Assembly (NCBI GenBank): GCA_002269645.1
Contig: NIVC01000461.1
Span: 248,001 to 312,000 of the forward strand
Source: Macrostomum lignano
Lineage: Eukaryota
Direction of reading: 5' to 3'
DNA length: 64,000 nt
The notes under the pieces are model-generated. The model searched no databases. It saw only the letters and a program-made list of their open reading frames with translations, and had not been told where the DNA came from. This document shows, piece by piece, positions 12,791 to 23,454 of the stretch. The translations under genes and the position numbers were made by a program. How positions within the stretch are numbered: the first letter of the stretch is position 1; the number at the start of each line of letters is the position of its first letter.

Positions 12791-12919
12791 ATCGATTAGT
12801 TTGTGAAGCCGCCTGACCCAAACGACTCCCACATTTGTTTAGACACAGCAAAATACAAATAAATGGCCAGTTGAATTATCCATTATCCCCAAAGCTTGGT
12901 GCACATGGGCCAAAGCTAA

Positions 12920-14572
12920 CTATAGATACCTCCGCTTCTTGAAGCCGGGCGGGGCCAGGCTAGTGTTATTGTTGTTATTGACGCCCAGCCGGTCCCGCAG
13001 GCCGGCCAGCTCGGCCTCATAGGCAGCCAGCATTTCCGCGCCGGCGCCTTTCATCAGCCGGACGTCGGCGTCCAGCTCCTCTAAGGCGCGGTACTCGCCG
13101 GCCAGCAGGCGGGCCCGAATCCCAGCCAGTCCGCCTGCGGTTGGGCGCCGACTGTCCGGCCAGCGGGCCAGCCGGTCCAGCAGGTCGAGCGCCGAGGCGC
13201 GCCAATCCGTCGCCGACGCCGATGGTGATGATGTTGGCGCCAGTATCATTGTTGACGACGCGTTGCTCGAGGCCGAGCTGGCGGCAGCGAGAGTCAGAGC
13301 CATCGACATTGAGATTGACGAGACCGGCCCGGCCATATGCGGCGGCTGAGGCGCCTGCGGCTGCTGAGGCGGCGGCATCGGCGGTTGCTCCTCGTCGAGA
13401 TCAACGCCGTGCACGGGTAGCGACGGGGCAGCGGCGGCGCCGGAGGCGGCGGCAACGGAGGTGTTGGTCTGCGTTCTGGCAGTGGGCGCTGTAGCGAACA
13501 GCAGCTGATGGTGCTGCTGATGAAGCTGCGGCTGCTGGCCTGGGCTGGCCACAATCTTTGAGGCGCCTGACATTGCCGGCTTTTGAACTACAATCACCGG
13601 CTTGCCGAAGCCTGATGTGTTCGGCCGGCTGATGACTCGGACAGTTTGCTGCTGCTGTTGCTGTTGGGTGTGATGAAGCAACGGCTGCTGCTGATGCTGC
13701 TGTTGCTGGGCGTGATGAAGCATCGGCTGATGCTGATGCTGCTGTTGCTGGGTGTGATGAAGTACCGACTGCTGCTGCTGATGCTGCTGTTGCTGGGTGT
13801 GATGAAGCACCGACTGCTGCTGATGCTGGATTCCGCGCCCAGTATCGGCTGTATGCGGCGGTCCGGCGACAATATAGATTGGAGTCTGAACTGACTCGGA
13901 TGTCTGCACCAGCACGGGCGGCCGGGTAGGGGTCGACAAGGCCTGATGCTGCTGCTGAGGCTGCTGAGGCTGCAAAGGCGGCACCTGAGCAGCTTGCGGC
14001 TGCGGCTGAGACGGCGGCGGCAGGGCCGACACGGCAACATTGGCCAGCGTCACCAAGTCCTCAGCGATGGCTGCCGCGGTGGCTTGCGCCAGAGGATCGT
14101 CGTTAGACTCGCAAGCTGGAGCGGCGGCTGGAGCTGCAGCGTCAGGCATTTCTGCATCCTTCTGATCGTCTTCAGCCTGCTGCTGCGAAGTGGAGGCCAG
14201 CAGCTGGCGCCGGAACTCCTCTGCGGCGGCTAGGAGCTCCTCCTGGCGTTGCGTGGCCCGAGACAGCAGCTGTTGATTGGGCTTACTGGGCAGGGCGGCG
14301 GCCGCGGGAGTCTTGGATGCCCGGCCGGCCGCAGGGGGCTTCACCTTGGCCCGGTCCGGCTCTCGCTGCTGCTGCTCTTTCAGCATCGCAGCTGGCGGCG
14401 CCTCCGTTTCGCTTCCGTTAGCCGTCTGCTGCTTCCGGCGCAGTTCAACCGCCACAGCGTCGGCCCGCCTGCCAGCCTCGGTAAGCGCGGCTGCGTCGTT
14501 CGCCCAGTCCAGGGCGGGCACCACGCAGCGGCCTTCCTCGCGCCAGTCGCCACCGGTGTCCCGGCCGAACAC
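12920..14572 (-). CDS. EMSY: EMSY-like exon 2 (A/Q/P-rich linker, degenerate bromodomain-like C-terminus, KKRR)
   Basis: Acceptor catcccag/gtg on the minus strand, open to TAG at 12920-12922. Confidence 0.85.
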   Translation of the reverse strand: MFGRDTGGDWREEGRCVVPALDWANDAAALTEAGRRADAVAVELRRKQQTANGSETEAPPAAMLKEQQQREPDRAKVKPPAAGRASKTPAAAALPSKPNQQLLSRATQRQEELLAAAEEFRRQLLASTSQQQAEDDQKDAEMPDAAAPAAAPACESNDDPLAQATAAAIAEDLVTLANVAVSALPPPSQPQPQAAQVPPLQPQQPQQQHQALSTPTRPPVLVQTSESVQTPIYIVAGPPHTADTGRGIQHQQQSVLHHTQQQQHQQQQSVLHHTQQQQHQHQPMLHHAQQQQHQQQPLLHHTQQQQQQQTVRVISRPNTSGFGKPVIVVQKPAMSGASKIVASPGQQPQLHQQHHQLLFATAPTARTQTNTSVAAASGAAAAPSLPVHGVDLDEEQPPMPPPQQPQAPQPPHMAGPVSSISMSMALTLAAASSASSNASSTMILAPTSSPSASATDWRASALDLLDRLARWPDSRRPTAGGLAGIRARLLAGEYRALEELDADVRLMKGAGAEMLAAYEAELAGLRDRLGVNNNNNTSLAPPGFKKRRYL

Positions 14573-16521
14573 CTGGGATGTCAGGTGCATAGGGGGATAT
14601 GGGTATTAGATGGCTCTCAAAATGACGAGATGTCGAGATACAGGTCGCCAAAAAGTCGTTTAAGAGTCAAATTGAGGCGCTTATTGTCTGCGACTCTGAA
14701 ACGCTGCACCCTCAGATACCCCTCGGGAGGTCGCTCCATACTCCAAGTATACTCCCATACTCCCATGGGAGGTCGCTGCACCCTCAGATACCCCCGGGAG
14801 GTCGCTCCATACTCAGATACCCCCGGGAGGTCGCTGCACCCTCAGATACCCCGGGAGGTCGCTCCATACTACAAGTATACTCCCATACTCCCATGGGAGG
14901 TCGCTGCACACTCAGATACCCCCGGGAGGTCGCTGCACCCTCAGATACCCCGGGAGGTCGCTCCATACTCCAAGTATACTCCCATACTCCCATGGGAGGT
15001 CGCTGCACCCTCAGATACCCCGGGAGGTCGCTCCATACTCCAAGTATACTCCCATACTCCCATGGGAGGTCGCTGCACCCTCAGATACCCCGGGAGGTCG
15101 CTCCATACTCCAAGTATACTCCCATACTCCCATGGGAGGTCGCTGCACCCTCAGATACCCCGGGAGGTCGCTCCATACTACAAGTATACTCCCATACTCC
15201 CATGGGAGGTCGCTGCACCCTCAGATACCCCCGGGAGGTCGCTGCACCCTCAGATACCCCGGGAGGTCGCTCCATACTCCAAGTATACTCCCATACTCCC
15301 ATGGGAGGTCGCTGCACCCTCAGATACCCCGGGAGGTCGCTCCATACTCGAAGTATACTCCCATACTCTCATGGGAGGTCGCTGCACCCTCAGATACCCC
15401 TCGGGAGGTCGCTGCACCCTCAGATACCCCCTGGGAGGTCGCTGCACCTTCAGATACCCCCGGGAGGTCGCTTCGCCCTCAGATACCCCCGGGAGGTCGC
15501 TCCATACTCAGATACCCCCGGAAGATCGCTCGCTCCCTCAGATACCCCCGGGAGGTCGCTGCACCCTCAGATACCCCCGGGAGGTCGCTCCATACTCAGA
15601 TACCCCTGGGAGGTCGCTCCATACTCTAAGTATACTCCCATACTCCCATGGGAGGTCGCTGCACCCTCAGATACCCCTGGGAGGTCGCTCCATACTCCCA
15701 GTATACTCCCATACTCCCATGGGAGGTCGCTGCACCCTCAGATACCCCCGGGAGGTCGCTCCATACTCAGATACCCCGGGGAGGTCGCTCCATACTCAGA
15801 TACCCCGGGAGGTCGCTCCATACTCAGATACCCCGGGGAGGTCGCTCCATACTCAGATACCCCCCGGAGGTCGCTCCATACTCAGATACCCCCGGGAGGT
15901 CGCTCCATACTCAGATACCCCCCCGGAGGTCGCTCCATACTCAGATACCCCCGGGAGGTCGCTCCATACTCAGATACCCCCGGAAGGTCGCTCCATACTC
16001 AGATACCCCCGGGAGGTCGCTCCATACTCAGATACCCCCGGGAGGTCGCTCCATACTCAGATACCCCTGAGAGGTCGCTATACCCCAGAAGCCTTTCAGA
16101 AACCACTGTAATAAAACTCTTGTAAATCGTATTGATAGGCTGCCTTAGGAGTGTATCATAAATTGCATTTGTCTGATAAGCCACTGCAATCCGAACAAAT
16201 ACAACTCAGCAATACCAACATACCCAGTCAGCAATACCAACATACCCAGTCAGCAATGGCAGACAATTCCTCGTCAAGTGCGGCCCGGCGGCACTCGCAG
16301 CGATGTCGGGTCTCCGAGACGCCCAGGGCGGCGCGCAATCCGCGCAACAAGTCGCGCTTAGCCTCGGTGAGGGCGCCCTGGGCGCGCATTACAGACACGG
16401 CGTCGCCATATAGGCGAAGCTCCTTCCTACGCAGCAGGCCGAGGCACTCCTCCCTAGTCAGGTCCAGCAGGGAGGGGCCGCTGCTTCCACTGCCGCAGGC
16501 TTTCAGTGCGTTGTTCAGCAT
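12920..16521 (-). CDS. EMSY: EMSY-like ENT-domain chromatin protein, 2 coding exons (16521-16246, 14572-12920), about 642 aa
   Basis: Exon 1 SLLDLTREECLGLLRRKELRLYGDAVSVMRAQGALTEAKRDLLRGLRAALGVSETRHRCECRRAALDEELSAIA matches the EMSY ENT domain. A phase-0 GT-AG intron (16245-14573) joins it to VFGRDTGGDWREEGRCVVPAL, equivalent to the EMSY segment EWSIEGRRLVPL. An alternative in-frame ATG lies at 16548. Confidence 0.85.
14620..14702. repeat. Dispersed repeat, copy 2 of 3 (fragment)
   Basis: gacgagatgtcg...gtcgccaaaaagtcgtttaagagtcaaatt aligns with 47800-47850. Confidence 0.55.
14703..16086. repeat. Modular minisatellite in the EMSY intron
   Basis: Three modules share the head gggaggtcgct: A (gcaccctcagatacccc), B (ccatactccaagtatactcccatactcccat) and hybrid C (ccatactcagatacccc). 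Confidence 0.95.
16246..16521 (-). CDS. EMSY: EMSY-like exon 1 (ENT domain)
   Basis: ENT motif; donor gactgg/gtatgt on the minus strand. Confidence 0.9.
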
Positions 16522-18805
16522 TGATAATATAATCTGTTGGATCAGCATTTTGTGGGCTTATAATAATAAAGTTATTTTTTTCATATTTTCACTTTATAAC
16601 TGTCGATTTCACATTGAGCTTTTTGTTTACTTTTTAACTTAACTAGTCCAAGAATTCTTATTGCAATAATAAATGCAACACTATAGTGAAAAGGCAATAT
16701 TTAGTAGGGTAACTTACTTTTTAATATTTAAAATAAACTTCACTAGGTTTTAATAGCATTATATATATATATATATATATATTTTACTGCAAATTGATAT
16801 TTTTTAACATGGGTCTATACTATAAGCTATATGATACATATAGATATCATTATATTTTCTTATCTATCAGTGTTAAATGTACAAATCAATGACAATTAAC
16901 TAAATGATAGACTGATGGTTTATGTAGAAATTTTTTTTCATTATCTTTTACTCTTTTACTTTGTTCTTTAGATATATCCATATCGGAGTCTAGTTTTACT
17001 ACCTTACAAATAAAGAAATAACAAAATTCATTTTGACACTTGTCAAGTTAAGATCTAGGTCTAAAAATTAGTCCAGATTTGTCTATTTATCATTTTTATA
17101 GCAAATAAAGATAGATAAAGACAATTCATTTTTAATATATAGGAAGGAAACAATAGATATAAATAGACCAAGATGGCATAGTATAGCAAATTAATAAATA
17201 ATAGCCAATTATCGGCCTTTTTTAGTTTTTTTCAACATATTGAATCACTTTGACAAGGTTTGTCTTTTTGACAAATCATCTAATAGCTAGCTACAATATG
17301 GCTTATAATATGGGTACAATGTAGATATCTCAATTGTAGCCAATGGCCATTATTGCAGATAGTGTCTAGTGCAAAGACTGGCCCTTGGTAGTGCAATAGG
17401 GATAGATATTGCTATATCCATATGACATACAGCAATTTTTGATATGCATCTATATATGCTCATAATAGCATAGATAATGTTTATCCATTAGAAGTCTTTT
17501 TTACTCTATCTATAACCTTTTGACATAGCCTTTATGCTAGGCTTTAATAGGCCAATGCATTTGCATATTTATAAAATTTATTCTAATAAGGGACTATGTC
17601 TATAGAGATAAGCTAGGCATATAAAATATCTTTTACTTTCTATAAATGCTAAGAAAAGATACCTTATCTAATCTATATTAGATTTTTATATGTTTATACT
17701 AAAAAATTATCTTATATACTAAAATATGGCTTATTTAATAAAAAGTATAAAAATAGATACCTTGTTTTGCACTGTCTAGGACTAGGCCTTTGTTATGGAT
17801 TGCAATTATTGTCTAGACAAAAATTCAGATTTGTCACCATTGTCAGACCTATGCTATAATATAGTATCCAATTAGCAATCTTAATCTTGAAAAAAATTCT
17901 CAATCCTTATCTTGCCTAATGATTTCAATCCTGTCTAACCTCTAATGTCAACCCAAACTTTCTCTACTACTACTGCTGCCTGGTCCCTTAAAAAAGGATC
18001 AAGATGCTAATACAGGCCTTTGAGAAGCTATAATGCTATAACACTTAGAGGCAATTATAAAAAAGCTACACAATAAGCTAGCCAATGGATTCTATGGACC
18101 ATGTATTCTTAAAACTTAGCTTAGGCCTAGGCCAATTACAAAAGGGACCATTTAACAGATAGCAGAACTTGGCTATCTTCTAGAGTTTAGTTTTATATAT
18201 TTAATAATTTTAAAAAAATAATGATTTCCTTAGTAACTGCAATTACTTGTAAACATTCATTGGTTTAGACTTGGTAGTTTGTCAATTTATGTTTATATCT
18301 ATTAGTTTGAGATGGCTATTGGCTATGTCTATGGCCAAAACCTGCAACCACTCCCTGTTTTTTGAAAGGACTTAGGGTAGAAGGGACTGGGATTCTGAGA
18401 GATTTCTTACCTTGCTTGCTTTTTTTGTCAATATTGAGCAACAACTCTTTTTCTAATCTAAGCAATCATGGCTAGATACCCTACAGCACCTACTTTGATA
18501 ATTCCTATTGCTATACCTAATGTATATCCTATGGGCTATAGCAGACCTCTGCAACTTCAACCTTATATTGCGCAAATTGAATACAAGCCAAGGCCCTGTT
18601 TGACACCTATCTTAACAAATTTCTGTGGTATCATTACTATCTACGCAATACCTTTGAGCTTTGGCAACATCCCATTCTAGGTGGCACATTACTAAAATGT
18701 CTAAAACTCTTTATTTAGTAGTTTAACAAACTGTCTATTGTTTTCCAATGTTATAACTTAATTAAAAGTTTTAAAAAAAATTTAGGGAGTGCTTATCCAC
18801 ACAGT

Positions 18806-19221
18806 CCCATGCCAATAATTCCAATTTTATCTACATGGATCCATGTAGATAATTTATAGCTTATCCTCATGGCAGTTTATTGAAATAGCTACCACCATTC
18901 AAGTTTATAGGCCATGCCAATAATTCTAATTTTATTCACACAGATCCATGTTGGTAATTTTTAGCTTATCCCTATGGCAGCTTATTGGAATAGAGAACCT
19001 TAAAATAAATCTACTCAAAAACTGTCTAATTGTTTATTATTTTACAAATCTTCCAAATAAACTACTGAATACTAAATAGTATTGAGTGACTTTGCTAAAA
19101 CTTTTTGTCATTAAAGGGTTAGTTTTAAATAGTTGACTAGCTGCCAGCTTCGCTTAGAAATGATGAACAACCCTAAGATCAAGGTGAATAAGACTTACAA
19201 AATTCAAAAGTCAATATGTAA

Positions 19222-19252
<31 letters not shown>

Positions 19253-19459
19253 GACAATATTGATTAAGTCAGTAACAAAACTAGACATAAGCAACTGCAC
19301 AATCTTAGCTATAGGGATAAGCTGAAAATTATTGACATATCTATATGGATAACATTGGAATTATCGACATAGCCTATAGACTTGAATGGTGGAAGCTATT
19401 TCAATAAGCTGCCATGGAGATAAGCTGGAAATTATCAACATGGACCTATATGGATAAAA
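18806..19459. repeat. Old inverted repeat: arms about 18826-18975 and 19310-19459, each with a ~105 bp internal duplication
   Basis: The reverse complement of 19310-19459 aligns with 18826-18975 (e.g. gaaatagct(a/t)ccaccattcaagt(t/c)tatagg). Differences are mostly transitions. Confidence 0.75.
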
Positions 19460-19758
19460 GGTATTGTCCACTTTGGTAATGGCCATTTTGGTAATAGCCA
19501 TTTTAGTAACAACAACAAGTGAGAATAATATAATACATTAATTGATATGCTCCAAAAGAATGTGTGAACAAACTTTAAGAAAGAAGGACAAAATACATGT
19601 GTACCTGCATGTGTTTAACTTGTTTTAAAGTGTTTTAACCAATTTATTTTAATTTCCTGATCTATGAGTTAGATTACATGCATTTTGTAATTGACCAAAT
19701 TTTGTGTACCATTTATATTAGAATCTCTGATACTAATTAGCAAATAGTGACTTAAAAT

Positions 19759-20964
19759 ACGAGTATAACTTTGGCCGTCAACTATTCCGTCAACTTTTCG
19801 TGTTAGTAGGATAAATAACTTTTTCCGTTAACTATTCCGTCAACTTTTCCGTCAACTTTTCCGTTAACTTTTCCGTTAACTATTCCGTCAAGTATTCCGA
19901 TAAATTTTTCCATTCTCTTCCGTCAACATTTCCGTTTACTATTCCGTTAACTTTTCCGCCAAATATCTCATCACTTTTACGTTAACTATATGAGCCTCTT
20001 CATATCGCCGGTTCGAAAAACGGAACCGGTTCCGAACCAGTTTGACGCTCTTCATATCAATGGTTCGAAAAACAGAATCAGTTCCGGAACATGGTTCTGG
20101 TTCTAGAATATGGTTCGAGAAATTTTCTCGAACCGTTGTCATGTTTACACGTTAACAGTAAAATTTGAAATCGTCAATTTTTTATTATTGTTATATAATT
20201 ATTCCTTTTTTGTCATATCCAAGAGGAAACAAAGTCAAAGAACGAAAAAATCAAATTGTAAAGACTGTCAAACATAAAATGGGTTCGAAGCTCCTCATTT
20301 CACACTGGTTCTGGTTCTAGAACTTGAATTTATTCTGGTTCTAGAACCGATTGCCGTGAAGAGGCTCTATTTCATCAACATTTATGCAAGTCCATAAAAT
20401 ATATTCTATCAAATTTTTTGTGTACTCTGAATGGAAAGTGATAATTTTTTGCATAAGTGCAGTTTCCTTAGTTCCTTATACATGCTTTAAGTTTGTTGAG
20501 TATATACACATGCACATGTATAAATTAGAAATAAAAAACACACGCAAAAATTTCCAGCGTGACATGTTCCAGAATTTAATTGGTATTGCTGCACTACCGG
20601 CACTATAACATCTGCACTTGTTCATTGATTTATCTTTGTGAAATAAAGCGCTGGTACTAGGGAAAATGGAAAAGATGTACGTTGTTACTAACGCAGGCTT
20701 GTTTTTTCATCAATATATAAGCATGCAAACACAATAAATGATCAAAGAGCTACTCGCATGATGATCCTATTTGAGAAAGTCACATATGTTTTTTCAGAAC
20801 AATAAATTGTTGATGGAAAATTTGACAGAATACTTGACGGAAAAGTTGATGGAATACTTGACAGAAAAGTTAATGGAAAAGTTGACGGAAAAGTTAACAG
20901 AAATGTTGACGGAAAAGTTAACGGAAAAGTTGATGGAAAAGTTGACAGCCAAAGTTATACTCGT
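19759..20964. mobile_element. Non-autonomous DNA transposon with 24 bp TIRs, 12 bp subterminal tandem repeats and an 8 bp TSD
   Basis: TIR acgagtataactttggc(c/t)gtcaac at 19759-19782 and 20941-20964. TSD cttaaaat at 19751-19758 and 20965-20972. Arms consist of ttttccgtcaac / gttgacggaaaa units. Confidence 0.9.
19992..20367. mobile_element. Nested MITE, PIF/Harbinger-like
   Basis: TIR gagcctcttca (19992-20002) / tgaagaggctc (20357-20367), 3 bp TSD tat on both sides, palindromic ggttc/gaacc-rich interior. Confidence 0.7.
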
Positions 20965-22226
20965 CTTAAAATTATAGTATCTATTTTTTTCTTCATTAAT
21001 TATTTAGATTTTTTCAACTTCAATATGTGTATAGCCTATACTTATAAGAGCTTGCTTTGCTTAATTTAACAGTTTAACTACAAAGTTTAATGATATGTGC
21101 AATAAGATATTTGAGATGTTAATTATTAAACTAATTATTGCTAAACTTTATTATCATAAAAATAAAGTGTTGACAGTCATAAATCTGCTTTGTTACCAAA
21201 ATGGCTGTTCCCAAAGTAGATTGTATTAGGATAAAATTGGAATTACTGGCATAGAACCATGGGGATAGGCCTAAGCACTTCCAATAATTAAATGTGCAAA
21301 ACTAGAAGATAGCCTAGAGGATAAATCAATTTATTTTTGGTTAGGCCTAAAGTGGTCTGTCACCAAAGAAAAGGCCTGATGCCCTGAAACCCTGACAATG
21401 ACAAATATGGCCTAACAATAACCAGTTAGGCCTAAGCCTAAATAAAACATTTTGTATAAAACTTTAAAAACTATGTCTTTCTTTTTTAAGAAAGACATTC
21501 TTTTTTATTCTTGTCTGTCTTTCTGCCGATAGGGTTGAACTTGAATCTTGGAAGTTAGTTCAACTAGGCCTAATGCATTTAGGCCTAGGCCCCTACCTCA
21601 GATTTGAACTTTGACGTTTAGCAAAAGCCTTAAAGATATTTCGCACAAATAGCGTGGGCATAATCTATATAACGTAGAACATTTAGAAAAGAGAATCAAT
21701 ATCTTTTGTTATCTATTTGGGACTAGTCTAAGCTACCTAATACCTACGTTGTATGACTTACTATAGATATGAGTAAAGGCAAGGGCAAGTGCCGAGCTGC
21801 AAAAACGAAAGAGAAAGCTGTATTAGAATTATATTTACAGCACTTGACTGATGCCTGTTGTGATGAAGAATAATTTTTTAAACGCTACAACTCGATAATT
21901 TTTATACAAATTTTGAATCCGTTAAAAACAATAAATTTGTCTTTATTTTCTGGAAATTGAATCTTTGTTAAAATTTGCTAAAAGTAATTCGCCTTAACAA
22001 AGTAAAATCAATTATTGTCCTTCTATAGAAAAATTACCTGAAAATGTTATTATGGATGTAATTATAACTTTTTATTAGCTAATATCAATTTATACTGATT
22101 TTTCTCTTTGGCTCTATTGACTCTTACAATTTTGGCCCAGTTTAATTTGACAATATAAAGTTGAAATATTAGGCACGCTGGCCCAGCATTCGTTCGGGCC
22201 TCATTTCGCCTCAAATGGATTTAGTG

Positions 22227-22374
22227 CAGTGGCGCAGCCGAGGACAAAGGGGCACAGTTGCCCGCTGCCCTTCAAAATTAATATTTTTTATCTTTACGTA
22301 CTTTTAACACTTTTCCGTGCAATTTTTCTTATTTTGAGATGCAGAACCACGAGAAAATATTTACTGCGCCAGTG
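22227..22374. mobile_element. Possible short hAT-like MITE
   Basis: Ends cagtggcgcag / ctgcgccagtg form an 11 bp imperfect TIR; no TSD was found. Confidence 0.3.
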
Positions 22375-23088
22375 AATAAATTAGTTTAAGTTTTAGTTGA
22401 TTAGTTTTAAAATCTGTTTGATAAGTGAAATACATAAATTTTTAAATTCCTGTGTTTATATACATCCTTTCATTCACTATGACGTAAATTATATTTTATT
22501 TCCAAGTAATATGAGTTTCTACCTTACTCTTTCTACACACCGCTACACATGATGCCGCTGCTATTTATGTCAGTAATTTCCTTAGTGAAGCAAAACAGCG
22601 TTTTATAATCGATATGTATATTTTTTGTTTACCTTATGATTTATTTAGGTTAACTTAACTACCAATAAATGGCATAATCCTTAAACTAGGACCTTTGCTA
22701 GATAACTATAACAATGTGTTTTTCGTCATATTTGATAATTTGGGCGTATTAGAGCCCATGCAGTTTAGTTTGTAAATTAGACATTAAAACTATGTGTAAA
22801 AACTATGCAACTTGTGACTTTGATACCAATTCAAGTTCTGCCAATTTTAGTACTACCCGGTAGAGTTATGAATTTTAACAATATGAAATATTTAAATGAC
22901 ATCAGCTTCTTCCCTACTGTGAATCTATATGCACTGTATATTTTCTTTATGCAATAATATTTTATTCATATTATAAAAAAATCCACCACAAGTAAATATT
23001 TATGATACACTCTTCTACATTTACCACAATTTTATCATATAAACCATATCATACCATCCTGCTGGGTTAAATTATTTTTTCAGGCTCA

Positions 23089-23454
23089 ATGCTAGATGGC
23101 GGGGATATTAAAGCTGATGCTGGGAGCATACCCAGCATAACAGTGAGCAATCCGGTGCTGCAGTCAGAGGCTGTCAACGCCGCAGCTTCTCGAACTCCGT
23201 TCCGATGGGAGGAGACCAGGCTGCCGCACATTGACTACGTGCTGGTCTACAAACGCGACGGAAATGAAAGAAACGAAAAACTCAGAGAAGCCTTTCTGGA
23301 CGTGCTGAAAATCAAGCGGCCCGGCATCGACACGGAGGAATTTGAATATGACGGGGAATTCGGGCAAAGTCTGGTTTTTCTTAAAGTCTACACACCTTTT
23401 CACGTTTTGGCCAGGGAAGCAGAACGATTAAAACTGGAGATGGCTCTCGACAAG
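23089..23454 (+). CDS. Anoctamin exon 1
   Basis: Contains IDYVLVY and FLKVYTPF; donor aag/gtaagt. Confidence 0.85.

Noticed and set aside
14249-16125. 620 aa and 410 aa plus-strand ORFs
   Set aside because: They consist of antisense of EMSY exon 2 plus the intronic modular array.
18468-18680. 70 aa ORF or retroelement remnant in the CpG desert
   Set aside because: I could find no recognisable RT, integrase or transposase motif in any frame by eye; a translated profile search after reverting TG/CA/TA to CG would be needed.
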